From an uncultured Ruminococcus sp. (GTDB lineage: Bacteria; Bacillota; Clostridia; Oscillospirales; Acutalibacteraceae): a DNA stretch of 64,000 nt. Where the stretch lies: NCBI GenBank assembly GCA_944412525.1, contig CALYBM010000077.1, positions 27,044-91,043 on the forward strand, written 5' to 3'. Below are positions 8,856 through 18,367 of this stretch, piece by piece. Every line of letters begins with the position of its first letter. The stretch's first letter is position 1. A program made the translations under genes and the position numbers. The notes beneath the pieces are model-generated. The model ran no database searches. It saw only the letters and a list, made by a program, of their open reading frames with translations, and was not told the DNA's origin.

Positions 8856-10040
8856 ATGAAGAACAAAGATTTTTTACAGCAGAAAAGAAAGGCTTTTGCC
8901 GCCTCGCTTAAAGCGGCATTTGATGAAAAAGACGAAGCGAAAATGCTCTCGGCGTTTGAAACTTATGCCGATGATATCCAGCAGTCGCTTTTAGAAGCAG
9001 CTCAGGAAGTTTCACAGACGGCGGATTCAGCAATTCTCGCACGCAGAGGTTTGAGACAACTCACCTCGGTGGAGCAGAAGTTCTATTTGAATCTTTCGGA
9101 AGCAATGAAATCCCCTGACCCGAAGCAGGCGTTGTCAGGTGCAGAGGTTACTATTCCGCAGACCGTAATTGATACAGTGCTTACGGATATCGAAAGCAAT
9201 CATCCTTTGCTTGCGGCGTTTAATATTCAGAATACTTTCGGTGCTGTTAAGTGGATTTATTCCGATGACACACAGCAACTTGCACAGTGGGGAGCTTTGG
9301 GTGCTGAAATTACTAAGGAGCTTTCTGGAAATATCCATGCTATTGATTTTAGCACAAACAAGCTTTCTGCTTTTATACCGGTACCCAAAGACTTGATTGA
9401 CCTTGCTCCGGCGTATCTTGATGCATATGTCCGCAGAATTTTGGCAGATGCTCTTGCATACGGCTTGGAATACGGATTCATCAAAGGCAGCGGCAAGGAT
9501 GAGCCCATCGGCGTTATTAAGGACCTTAAAGGTTCAGTGCTTGAGGGCGTATATTCCGACAAGTCAAAAGTTGCACTCAAAAGCTTTGGCGTTAAAGACT
9601 ACTGCGGCGTTGTTTCAAAGCTTTCAAAGAAATCTTCCGGTAAGTCAAGAGTTGTTTCATCGGTTGACTTAATTGTCAATCCGACAGATTACATCGAGAA
9701 AGTCATTCCGGCAACAACCGTTCTTGCAACCGACGGAACATACAAAGCTAATATTTTCCCGTTCCCGACAAAGGTTTATCAGTCCGAAATGGTTGAGCAG
9801 GGCACAGCCGTTCTCGGCTTGATTAACAGGTATGTTCCCTGTCTTTCAACAGGCAAGGAAGGTAAGGTTGAGTATTCAGACCAGTACCAGTTCCTTGAGG
9901 ATAACAGAGTTTACCTCATCAAGCTTTACGGCACAGGAAGAGCCAAGGATAATAACGACTTTGTATATCTTGATATCAGTGCACTTGAGCCGCTTGAATT
10001 GAGCGTTACTCTCAAAAATTCAACGGAAGAAACTGCATAA
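8856..10040 (+). CDS. Major capsid protein (HK97 fold)
   Basis: Position; coiled N-terminal delta-like region; GSGKDEPIGVI. Start ATG 8856 after AAGGAG. Confidence 0.92.
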   Translation: MKNKDFLQQKRKAFAASLKAAFDEKDEAKMLSAFETYADDIQQSLLEAAQEVSQTADSAILARRGLRQLTSVEQKFYLNLSEAMKSPDPKQALSGAEVTIPQTVIDTVLTDIESNHPLLAAFNIQNTFGAVKWIYSDDTQQLAQWGALGAEITKELSGNIHAIDFSTNKLSAFIPVPKDLIDLAPAYLDAYVRRILADALAYGLEYGFIKGSGKDEPIGVIKDLKGSVLEGVYSDKSKVALKSFGVKDYCGVVSKLSKKSSGKSRVVSSVDLIVNPTDYIEKVIPATTVLATDGTYKANIFPFPTKVYQSEMVEQGTAVLGLINRYVPCLSTGKEGKVEYSDQYQFLEDNRVYLIKLYGTGRAKDNNDFVYLDISALEPLELSVTLKNSTEETA

Positions 10041-10057
10041 AGATATAAATTGCGGAG

Positions 10058-10357
10058 GTGATAGACTTGGCTATACTCGAAAAAGTTAAAACACAGCTCG
10101 ATATCAGCGAGGGTGACTACTCTCAAGACGAGAAAATCAATCTTATTATTGAGGAAGGCAAAGCCCGCCTCCGCAAAACAAACCCGTCTTTGACTGATGA
10201 GGATTTTGAAAATCCTACACAGGCAAGGTTCTTGCTTCTGCAATACTGCCTATATGCTTTTAGCAATGCAGCGGAAATGTTTTTTGTAAATTATTCAGCA
10301 GAGCTCTTGCTTCTGAGGCAGGAATATGAGGTGAATTCATATGAACCTGAAGAATAG
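10058..10357 (+). CDS. Head-tail connector (gp6-like)
   Basis: Size and position after the capsid gene; LLEKVK..L.I pattern. Confidence 0.7.
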   Translation: MIDLAILEKVKTQLDISEGDYSQDEKINLIIEEGKARLRKTNPSLTDEDFENPTQARFLLLQYCLYAFSNAAEMFFVNYSAELLLLRQEYEVNSYEPEE

Positions 10358-10697
10358 AAGCGTTGAGTTTTTAACCTTTAACAGCGGCATTTTAAAAATT
10401 TACAATACCGATGATGAAGGCGAAATTATTAACGGAAGCTATAAACAATATCGTTACGGCGACAGGACTATCGGAGTTAAGCGCTATTTCTCCGCTCGCC
10501 AAAACGATATTGAACTCGACAAGGTTGTTCATATTCATCAAAACATAAGCCTGCGGACTGATGATGCCGTTGTTATCAACGGCACTCGATTTAAAATAGA
10601 GCAGATACAGCATTTTTATGACACAAATCCCAAATGCACGGTGTTAAGTCTTCGCCAAAGGGGAATTTACGAAGGAGCGGAAAATGAATTGTTTTAG
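10341..10697 (+). CDS. Head closure / head-tail adaptor
   Basis: Position; RYFSARQNDIELDKVVHI...FKIEQIQH. Confidence 0.7.
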   Translation: MNLKNRSVEFLTFNSGILKIYNTDDEGEIINGSYKQYRYGDRTIGVKRYFSARQNDIELDKVVHIHQNISLRTDDAVVINGTRFKIEQIQHFYDTNPKCTVLSLRQRGIYEGAENELF

Positions 10698-11034
10698 CAG
10701 TTTTGAAGATTTTTGCACAGAAATCAAGCAGTGCGGAATACCTGTTGCCGAAGCAGAATATGCAAAAGGCAAGTCTGCTCCGAATATTACTTTTTTTCGT
10801 GGCGAAGAACAAACGATTTATGCAAACAGCGAGCCTGTTTTTTCAAGTGCCCGCATTGTTGTTGAGCTTTATACAGAAAAAACCGATAACATATCTGAAA
10901 ACAAGTTTGAAGAATGGCTCGAAATTGTTGAAATAACTTATCAAAAAAACAGCCGTACTTGGATTTCTTCGGAAAAATGGTATCAGACAATTTATGAATT
11001 TTGGGTGATATTTGATGGGAGTTGCAACGATTAA
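10684..11034 (+). CDS. Probable tail terminator/completion protein
   Basis: 116 aa acidic; VELYTEK...WISSEKWYQTIYEF. Confidence 0.55.
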   Translation: MNCFSSFEDFCTEIKQCGIPVAEAEYAKGKSAPNITFFRGEEQTIYANSEPVFSSARIVVELYTEKTDNISENKFEEWLEIVEITYQKNSRTWISSEKWYQTIYEFWVIFDGSCND

Positions 11035-11410
11035 AAATTTAAGCAGTGACCTTTTAAAAATAACTGATAGCTATGCAAATGAAATCAGAGATAAAGTAGA
11101 AAGTATTGCAATCGATAAGTCAAAAGATTTTGTTAAGGAATTAAAAAGAACCTCACCCGAGGGAAAAAGGGGTGACTACAAAAAGAGCTGGAGATATAGA
11201 AAGACGGCTGGTAGTGAATCTCTGCAAACTTTCGAATATACGATTTATAGTGAAAAACCTGACTATCGTTTAACTCATCTCCTTGAGAACGGACATGCTT
11301 GTCGAAATGGTGGCAGGGCTGCACAACATATACATATTTATCCCGCTAACAACAAAATCAAAGCGGAATATATAGACGAAGTACAAAAAATGATTAAGAA
11401 AGGAATTTAA
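11015..11410 (+). CDS. HK97 gp10-family neck protein
   Basis: LKRTSP...GDYKKSW...YRLTHLLENGH..RNGGR. Confidence 0.85.
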   Translation: MGVATIKNLSSDLLKITDSYANEIRDKVESIAIDKSKDFVKELKRTSPEGKRGDYKKSWRYRKTAGSESLQTFEYTIYSEKPDYRLTHLLENGHACRNGGRAAQHIHIYPANNKIKAEYIDEVQKMIKKGI

Positions 11411-11412
11411 CC

Positions 11413-12027
11413 ATGATCAAAACAATAGCAAAAGTCGGATATGCAATGATTACATCGGCTGATGATGCTGACTATACATATGACACACCGACATATTTTA
11501 AGTCAAGCGAAGCGGGCGGCAGATCTGTTTCTGCTGAGCCTGAGGGCGAAACTACGAAAATTTATGCAGACGGTTTAACAGTAATCGAGGCTGAAGAGAA
11601 TGCAGGATATAAGATTAGTGTTGAGCTTATTGCTATAATTGATAAAATCGAGACGGAATGGCTCGGCAACAAGAAAGCTGAGGACGGTTCAATCATCGAG
11701 ATGAACTCCGGCGAAGAAAAGCCCCGATTTGCTCTCGTTGTCGCAAAAGAGCAGTTTAAAGGCGAGAAAAAATATCAGATTGATATTTATCTTGATTGCT
11801 CAGTTTCAAAAAGACCAACAAGAAGCGACAAGACTTCCGAAGGAAAGTTCGATCCGAATTTCCCGACATACGAAATTTCGGCGGTTCCACGCGAAACTGA
11901 TAAATATGTTCGTCTGACGATGTATTCAGATGAGCTCCCACAGTCTATTGTTGTACCGGCTTTGGCATCAGAACCTTCTGCAAATCAGCAGGCTCAGACT
12001 GAGCAGACTGAGCAGACAGAACCCTGA
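11413..12027 (+). CDS. Major tail protein (phi13-like)
   Basis: KIYADG, KPRFAL, RPTRSDKTSE motifs. Confidence 0.8.
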   Translation: MIKTIAKVGYAMITSADDADYTYDTPTYFKSSEAGGRSVSAEPEGETTKIYADGLTVIEAEENAGYKISVELIAIIDKIETEWLGNKKAEDGSIIEMNSGEEKPRFALVVAKEQFKGEKKYQIDIYLDCSVSKRPTRSDKTSEGKFDPNFPTYEISAVPRETDKYVRLTMYSDELPQSIVVPALASEPSANQQAQTEQTEQTEP

Positions 12028-12039
12028 TTAATATAAATC

Positions 12040-12426
12040 ATGAGAAAAACAGTTAAAATAAACGGCAAAAATGTTGTTCTTGAAGCAAACGGTTATACCT
12101 TGCTTGTCTACGAAGACAGATTCAAAGGTCGCCGATTGCTTCAAGACATCGGCGAAATTTCAAAAATAGGCGAAGCTGAAAAAGTGCCTTTTTCAATACA
12201 AGCAAAAATGCTTTGGGCAGCGGCAAAGACTGCTGACGATACTCTCCCCGATATTTACGAATGGACAAAACAGTTTTCCATTGAGGAAGTGATAAAAGCA
12301 TCACAATTAGCTGTTATGTTAATTTGCGAATCGCTTTCGACCTCAAAAAAAGCGAAAGCGACAGCCAAACCGAGGTTTATATACCGGCTTTTAAAATTCT
12401 TTCATTTGCCGTCAAAAACGGATTGA
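12040..12426 (+). CDS. Tail assembly chaperone (G-like)
   Basis: Between the major tail and tape measure genes; contains the slippery A_AAA_AAA at 12345-12351. Confidence 0.75.
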   Translation: MRKTVKINGKNVVLEANGYTLLVYEDRFKGRRLLQDIGEISKIGEAEKVPFSIQAKMLWAAAKTADDTLPDIYEWTKQFSIEEVIKASQLAVMLICESLSTSKKAKATAKPRFIYRLLKFFHLPSKTD

Positions 12427-12653
12427 CTGTCGCTGACTTTAAGAGTTTATCTATCGGCTTCATAATTGATTTTTGCCTTGAAAATTCAGGAGCGGAAAAA
12501 GATGATTGTGACGCGGAAAAATATCAGAAACTCAAGGATATCGTTAAGTTTGTTGATGAAGATTATCAAAACGGAGATATAACCGAGGACGAGTATTTAA
12601 AATTTAAGAAAAATTATCAGCGTTTGGAGGATCAATATGGCTGGAACTATTAA
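12345..12653 (+). CDS. Tail assembly chaperone -1 frameshift extension (GT-like)
   Basis: The -1 frame is open from the heptamer (KKSESDSQ...) to TAA at 12653, overlapping the TMP start; no own RBS/ATG. Confidence 0.7.
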   Translation, partial: KKSESDSQTEVYIPAFKILSFAVKNGLTVADFKSLSIGFIIDFCLENSGAEKDDCDAEKYQKLKDIVKFVDEDYQNGDITEDEYLKFKKNYQRLEDQYGWNY

Positions 12654-15600
12654 AGGTATCACTATTTCAATAGGAGGGGATACCGCTGATTTAAAAAAAT
12701 CGCTTTCTGATGTTGAGAAAAAATCAAAATCACTGCAGAGCGAATTAAATCAAGTTAACAAGCAGCTAAAGTTTGACCCGACAAACGCTGTTTTATTGGC
12801 ACAAAAACAAGATATTCTCTCTGAAAAAATCGAAAATTCAAAGGAAGCTTTGCAAAGACTTTATTCCGTTCAGGACGAAGTCGAAGAGCAGCTTAAAAAA
12901 GGAACTATCGGTGCCGACCAGTACAGAGCTTATCAGCGAGAAATCGAAACCACAAAAAATGTTATTAAAAACTTTGAAAATCAACTTGATGAACTTCGTT
13001 CGACGGAGAACAGAACCGAATCTGATATTAACGGAACAGACTTAAGCCCTGCAAAAGAAGAAATCAAGGGTTTAAAAGACGAGATAGGAAATCTTGAAAG
13101 TACGGCTAAAAAAACTAACTTATCAAGTTTAAAAGAAGAAATTGACGATGTTAAATCAGCTTCTTCCGATTTAAAAGATACTTTAAAAAACACGGGTACA
13201 GAAATCGGTGCTGCTTTTGCGGTTGCAGGCGGCGGTGCCGTTGCTGCGTTTAAGTCATACGATTCATTCGAAAGTGCAATGAAGTCCCTGCAAGCGGCAA
13301 CCGGCATTGACAATTCGGGTATTGGAAAGCTCAGAGATACGCTTGAAGAAATTTACACATCCGGATACGGAGAGAGCCTTGAAGAAATTGCCTCAAGAAT
13401 GGCGAATATCGTCCAAGCCACAGGTGAGACAGACCCTGAGAAGCTTCGTGCATATACTACAAACCTCTACGGTTTGCAGGACGCTTTCAATATGGACTAC
13501 TCAGAAACGCTCCGAGGCGTTCAGGGATTAGTCAATAACATGGGGCTTTCAGCGGAAGATGCATTTGACTATATCGCAAAAGGGGCACAGAACGGTCTCA
13601 ATTATACAAATGAATTGGGAGATAATATCGCCGAATATTCTCAAATATGGGGACAGGCAGGCTTTTCAACAAAAGAGATGTTTTCAATTCTTGAAAACGG
13701 AACAAAGTCAGGTGCGTACAACCTTGACAAAGTAAATGCCTTTGTACAGGAATTTACATATTCTCTTGCTGACGGCAGAATTGAAGAAAACCTCGGGTCT
13801 TTTTCGGATAATACAGCCGATTTATTCAACAAATGGAAAGACGGAAAAGCTACTGCATCAGAAGTATTTTACAGTGTAATAAACGACCTTGCAACCGCTG
13901 AAAACAAGCAGGAGGCTCTTACCGTTGCGTCAAACACTTGGTCGTCTCTCGGTGAAGACAATGCTTTATCTGTTATCACTTCTTTGAACAATGTCAACAC
14001 AAACTACGACAATGTTGTCGATACGATGAATAAAGTCAACGAAGTCAAGTATGACACCGCAGGCAACAGCCTCGAAAAACTGGGCAGAAAAGCACAGACA
14101 GAAATTTTGAATCCGCTCGTTGAAGATATTTATCCCGAAATTGAAGACGGCATTGATTGGATTGCGGATAATCTTGACGGTCTTATTCCTATTATTGAAG
14201 GCGTCGCTACTGAAGTTGCTCTCGTTTGGGGCGTTAAGAAAGTCAATGACATCACCAAAGGCGTCATTAATTTAATTTCAACTTATAAAAATCTTGCTAC
14301 TGCAACAAAAACTGCAACCGATGTTCAGAAAGGATTGAACGCTGCCCAGAAAGCAAATGTTATAAGTGCAGTTGCTACTGCTGTAATTACCCTTGTCACA
14401 GCCATCGATACCTATAATGACACTAAGTGGGAAAACTCATCTATTAACAAGGAACTTGATAAAGCTCAGGAGCTGACAGATAATTGGACTTCTCTCGCTG
14501 AAGATATGACAAGCAAAATCGATGAAATCAACAACAAAGAAATAACACTAAAAGCGGATATCAATAATGTCAACGAGATGAAAGACAAGCTGCAAGAAAT
14601 CATCGAGGACGGTACAATTGACGAAAACGAAGTTGGGCAATATAAAACGATTATTGATTTAATGAGCGAGAAGGTTGACGGATTTGATACACAATGGAAC
14701 TCGCTTACGCTTGAGAAAATCGACGGAAAAATTGTTATAAAAGATAATATAGATGAGGTAAACTCTAAAATTGATCAGCTTGTTACTGACTGGGAAATCG
14801 CTCAGGCAAAACTCATGATGAGCGATGTTTACAATGATCTCATGACTCAAAAAGAAACAATGAAAATTGAGATGGAGACAAGCGAGCAACCTAATGTTGA
14901 CAGGCTTACAGAAAATCTTGAAAACTATATATATGATAAATCAAATTTAAGTAAGGAAGAATCTGAATATTTAACTCAAAAAATTATTGAAGCAGACGGT
15001 GATTTCTATAAAGCTATTGATTATGTTCGTAGCGATTTTGCAAATGGAAAAATTGATGGAGAAGAATTTAACAAATTAAGATACGACATAACAAAAGACT
15101 ATTTCAGCCCCTTTAACGATGTTGCAAGTAATATATTTGGTTTTAACAATATCGCAGGGCAAGCCTATGATGAAGTAACCGAGCAAGGCAAAGCTCTTGC
15201 AGAAGCTAACAATGCCCTTAAAGATGCAGAGGCCGCGTATGGCGCCATAAACGATAAACTTGGCGATTATCAAAACGGTATGGAAGCTCTCAACGGTGGT
15301 CTTGTAGACTACAGCTATTATGTTGATCTCGCAACAGAACACGGACTTTCTCACGAAACAGTTTTGTCGCTAATTAAAGATAAAAGCATTAAGACATGGG
15401 ATGACCTTCTTGAAGCGGCGAAAAAACAATCAAAAAATACCGGTTCGACATATTCTAATGGTGTTAAATCTGAACTAACATCGACAGAAACTAACGAATC
15501 GTTTGGTGCTGTCGGTCAGAGCATGGGCTATCATGTTGTTGCGGGTGCGAAAAACGCTGACTATAAAGGGGCAGGAACATATGCAGGCGATCAATTCGCG

Positions 15601-16470
15601 CAAGGTGTGAATCTTACGAATCTAAGCGTCGAAAAAGCAGGCATCGGCACAGCAAATGCTGTTAACATCGGTTCACAGAAAGTCAGCTTACTTTCAGCAG
15701 GTGCCTCTTTAATAGGCACCCTTATCGGTGGCATTTTCGGCAGAAATCGAGATTCCGAAACCGCAGGTGAAACTTCAGCCAATCAAGCAAAATCGGGAGC
15801 AGGAAAAGTCAGGTTGTTTTCAACAGGCAGTTCCTTAATCGGTGCTTTTATAAACGGCATTTTCGGCAGAAATCGAGATTCCGAAACCGCAGGTGAAACC
15901 TCTGCAAAAAAAGCAAAATCGGGAGCGGGAAAAGTCAGATTGTTTTCAACAGGAAACAATCTTGTAAGCGGATTTGTCAAGGGCATTTTGGACGGCAGTG
16001 CATTTAAATCAATTGCCGGTGCAGCGGCTTCTGTCGCTGAGACTGCATATACATCAATTAAAAAATGGCTCGGAATTAATTCTCCAGCAAAAAAAACAAT
16101 ACCTGTAGGTGGTTTTTTTGATGAAGGAATTGTAGTAGGAATTTTAAGAAATGCAAAAAAGGTAGGTAAAGCGACAAAATATGTTGCAAAAACAGCTCTA
16201 AACGGTCTTGATTCATTTAAGGTTTCGACAGAAATATTTGATTTAAAAACACCTGATATTTCATCTGTTTCAGCCAATTTAAACCGCATAGGTTCTTTTC
16301 AGCCGCAGAACGGTTCAAGCATTTCAAAATCCTATGTTAATCAGCCAATGATAAATGTTAATATTATGGGAACTCAAATAAATAATGACGCCGATTTAGA
16401 TAAATTGGCTCAAAAAATAGCTATTGAGATAGGAAATTACGCGTCCATTGATTCGAGAAAGTGGGGATAA
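12637..16470 (+). CDS. Tape measure protein
   Basis: 1277 aa; MAGTIKGITISIGGDT N-terminus; helical Ala/Gly-rich body; LGINSPAK..VGGFFDEGIVVGI C-terminal motif. Confidence 0.92.
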   Translation: MAGTIKGITISIGGDTADLKKSLSDVEKKSKSLQSELNQVNKQLKFDPTNAVLLAQKQDILSEKIENSKEALQRLYSVQDEVEEQLKKGTIGADQYRAYQREIETTKNVIKNFENQLDELRSTENRTESDINGTDLSPAKEEIKGLKDEIGNLESTAKKTNLSSLKEEIDDVKSASSDLKDTLKNTGTEIGAAFAVAGGGAVAAFKSYDSFESAMKSLQAATGIDNSGIGKLRDTLEEIYTSGYGESLEEIASRMANIVQATGETDPEKLRAYTTNLYGLQDAFNMDYSETLRGVQGLVNNMGLSAEDAFDYIAKGAQNGLNYTNELGDNIAEYSQIWGQAGFSTKEMFSILENGTKSGAYNLDKVNAFVQEFTYSLADGRIEENLGSFSDNTADLFNKWKDGKATASEVFYSVINDLATAENKQEALTVASNTWSSLGEDNALSVITSLNNVNTNYDNVVDTMNKVNEVKYDTAGNSLEKLGRKAQTEILNPLVEDIYPEIEDGIDWIADNLDGLIPIIEGVATEVALVWGVKKVNDITKGVINLISTYKNLATATKTATDVQKGLNAAQKANVISAVATAVITLVTAIDTYNDTKWENSSINKELDKAQELTDNWTSLAEDMTSKIDEINNKEITLKADINNVNEMKDKLQEIIEDGTIDENEVGQYKTIIDLMSEKVDGFDTQWNSLTLEKIDGKIVIKDNIDEVNSKIDQLVTDWEIAQAKLMMSDVYNDLMTQKETMKIEMETSEQPNVDRLTENLENYIYDKSNLSKEESEYLTQKIIEADGDFYKAIDYVRSDFANGKIDGEEFNKLRYDITKDYFSPFNDVASNIFGFNNIAGQAYDEVTEQGKALAEANNALKDAEAAYGAINDKLGDYQNGMEALNGGLVDYSYYVDLATEHGLSHETVLSLIKDKSIKTWDDLLEAAKKQSKNTGSTYSNGVKSELTSTETNESFGAVGQSMGYHVVAGAKNADYKGAGTYAGDQFAQGVNLTNLSVEKAGIGTANAVNIGSQKVSLLSAGASLIGTLIGGIFGRNRDSETAGETSANQAKSGAGKVRLFSTGSSLIGAFINGIFGRNRDSETAGETSAKKAKSGAGKVRLFSTGNNLVSGFVKGILDGSAFKSIAGAAASVAETAYTSIKKWLGINSPAKKTIPVGGFFDEGIVVGILRNAKKVGKATKYVAKTALNGLDSFKVSTEIFDLKTPDISSVSANLNRIGSFQPQNGSSISKSYVNQPMINVNIMGTQINNDADLDKLAQKIAIEIGNYASIDSRKWG
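15682..15990 (+). repeat. 126-bp (42-aa) tandem repeats within TMP, about 2.4 copies
   Basis: Units begin at 15682, 15808 and 15934; GGCATTTTCGGCAGAAATCGAGATTCCGAAACCGCAGGTGAAAC is identical in the first two. Confidence 0.9.
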
Positions 16471-16471
16471 T

Positions 16472-17230
16472 ATGCGAGACTTAACATATGACGGTCAGTC
16501 CTTAAACGAAAAAGGATTTGCCGTGAAAACATATCCCGTCCGAAGAATTGCCGAACGGGATATGACCTTTACTTCTGTTATAGGCAGAGACGGCGATGTT
16601 TCCATTGATAATTTTAGATTTAAAAATGTAACGGAAACATATGAAATCAATTCATTGCCTCACAGAGTAGCAGCGGAAGACACTCAAGCTTTAATAAATG
16701 AACTCATAGACTGGCTTGTGCCGACAAATCCTGATTATAAAGTTTTTACAGACGAAAATAATCCGGGATACTTCACAAAAGCTATATGTACTTCCGTAGG
16801 AGAAATGTCACAAAGCTTTTTAAATAAACATATTGACACAACACTAACCTTTCAAAGGCTTCCTTGGTGGTATTCTTATGAGGGTCAAAAAGAAATTGAG
16901 CTTATCGGAAATAAGCAATTTAAAATTTACAATCCCGAAAAATACAATTCACAGCCGCTCATCAGAGTTTACGGCACGGGCACGGTGGATTTAATGGTAA
17001 ACGGCACGGACTATTTGCTCAAAATCCCGTCAGCATATGGATACATTGACATTGATTCAGAGCTTCAATCAGTCTTTGTTGGTCTCGCAAATTTAAACAA
17101 AGATGTTGATTTTGATTATCTGCCGATATTTATTTCCGGAGAAAATACAATTTATGCAACAGGCTACTTGGGTCAGAGCGGAAATTCTGTTTCTAAAATT
17201 AAAATTACGCCACGATGGAGGAGATTATAA
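16472..17230 (+). CDS. Distal tail protein (Dit)
   Basis: Follows TMP; YNPEKYNSQPLIRVYGTG...GENTI...KITPRWRRL. Confidence 0.8.
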   Translation: MRDLTYDGQSLNEKGFAVKTYPVRRIAERDMTFTSVIGRDGDVSIDNFRFKNVTETYEINSLPHRVAAEDTQALINELIDWLVPTNPDYKVFTDENNPGYFTKAICTSVGEMSQSFLNKHIDTTLTFQRLPWWYSYEGQKEIELIGNKQFKIYNPEKYNSQPLIRVYGTGTVDLMVNGTDYLLKIPSAYGYIDIDSELQSVFVGLANLNKDVDFDYLPIFISGENTIYATGYLGQSGNSVSKIKITPRWRRL

Positions 17231-18363
17231 TGCTGCCGAGGTTATATAATGCCAGTCTTGATACATCATATTATAACAACAACGGACATGGATTTTTAAG
17301 AGATTGTCTATCCTGCGAGGTCACGGAAGAAATCAACGGTGCATATACTTTGACAATGACTGTTGCAGGAACGGATCCTTTGATTGAGAAAATTAAAATT
17401 TCAATGTTCTTAAAGGTTAAATCAAATAACGATGACCCGCCGCAGCTTTTTGAAATTAATAAAATTGTTGTAAAACCAGATGGCACACGAGAAATTCAAG
17501 CACATCATATTAAATTTCTTTTCTGCCAAAACTGTATATCGAACAACGGTAACACTGTTGGATATACTTTGTCGGGTACCCCTCAGGATGTTATGGACGA
17601 TATTATAAATGATTTGCAGTTTGAGAATCATTTCACTTTTTCAAGCAATATAACAAACACAACCGAGATTGATTTAAGTGACAGCCCCTCAAAAAAGCTC
17701 GGAGATATTCTTGCAGGCACTGAAAACAGCTTGCTGTCAGAATACGGCGGAGAATATCATTACAATAATTTTAAAATTGAGCTTCTCAAAAGTCGGGGCA
17801 GGCATAGCAACTATAAATTGATGTTTGGCTATAACATTTCTGACTTTAATCAAACAATAATAAACGACAATGAATATTCCCACTATATGGGGTACGCAAA
17901 GGTTTCCTCAACAAACGAAGAACATCCAACGGTTGTTTTGATGGGAGAAATTGTTCAAACAAGTACAAAATGTGTATATCCCAAAGTCAAAAAAATTGAT
18001 GTAACTGATAAAATCAAGGACTGCTTCGGTAATGATTGGAAAGTAGATTTAAGCACAGGTCTTCATTATTCTGATACTATTGATAAAATTTCTTATTATA
18101 CAAATGAGGAATTTACAAAAGGTGAAAGATCAAGCACTGATGCAGAGGTCAATATCAATGTCACATATGACAGCGAACTGGATAAAATGCAGGACTTGAG
18201 ACTTGCGGACTATGTAAAGGTTTGTTTCGATTCGCAAAAATCTTCATATGAATCTCAAATTACCAAAGTAGTTTATGACAGCCTTGCGGAAAGATATAAG
18301 TCGATTGAGGTCGGAGATAAGGTGTTATCTGTTCTTGACTTTTTAAATAAAAACAGGAGATGA
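17230..18363 (+). CDS. Baseplate hub / tail endopeptidase-like (Tal) protein
   Basis: LRDCLSCEVTEEINGAYTLTM, PQLFEI, GGEYHYNNFKIELL, YDSLAERYKSIEVG. Confidence 0.8.
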   Translation: MLPRLYNASLDTSYYNNNGHGFLRDCLSCEVTEEINGAYTLTMTVAGTDPLIEKIKISMFLKVKSNNDDPPQLFEINKIVVKPDGTREIQAHHIKFLFCQNCISNNGNTVGYTLSGTPQDVMDDIINDLQFENHFTFSSNITNTTEIDLSDSPSKKLGDILAGTENSLLSEYGGEYHYNNFKIELLKSRGRHSNYKLMFGYNISDFNQTIINDNEYSHYMGYAKVSSTNEEHPTVVLMGEIVQTSTKCVYPKVKKIDVTDKIKDCFGNDWKVDLSTGLHYSDTIDKISYYTNEEFTKGERSSTDAEVNINVTYDSELDKMQDLRLADYVKVCFDSQKSSYESQITKVVYDSLAERYKSIEVGDKVLSVLDFLNKNRR

Positions 18364-18367
18364 AAAA

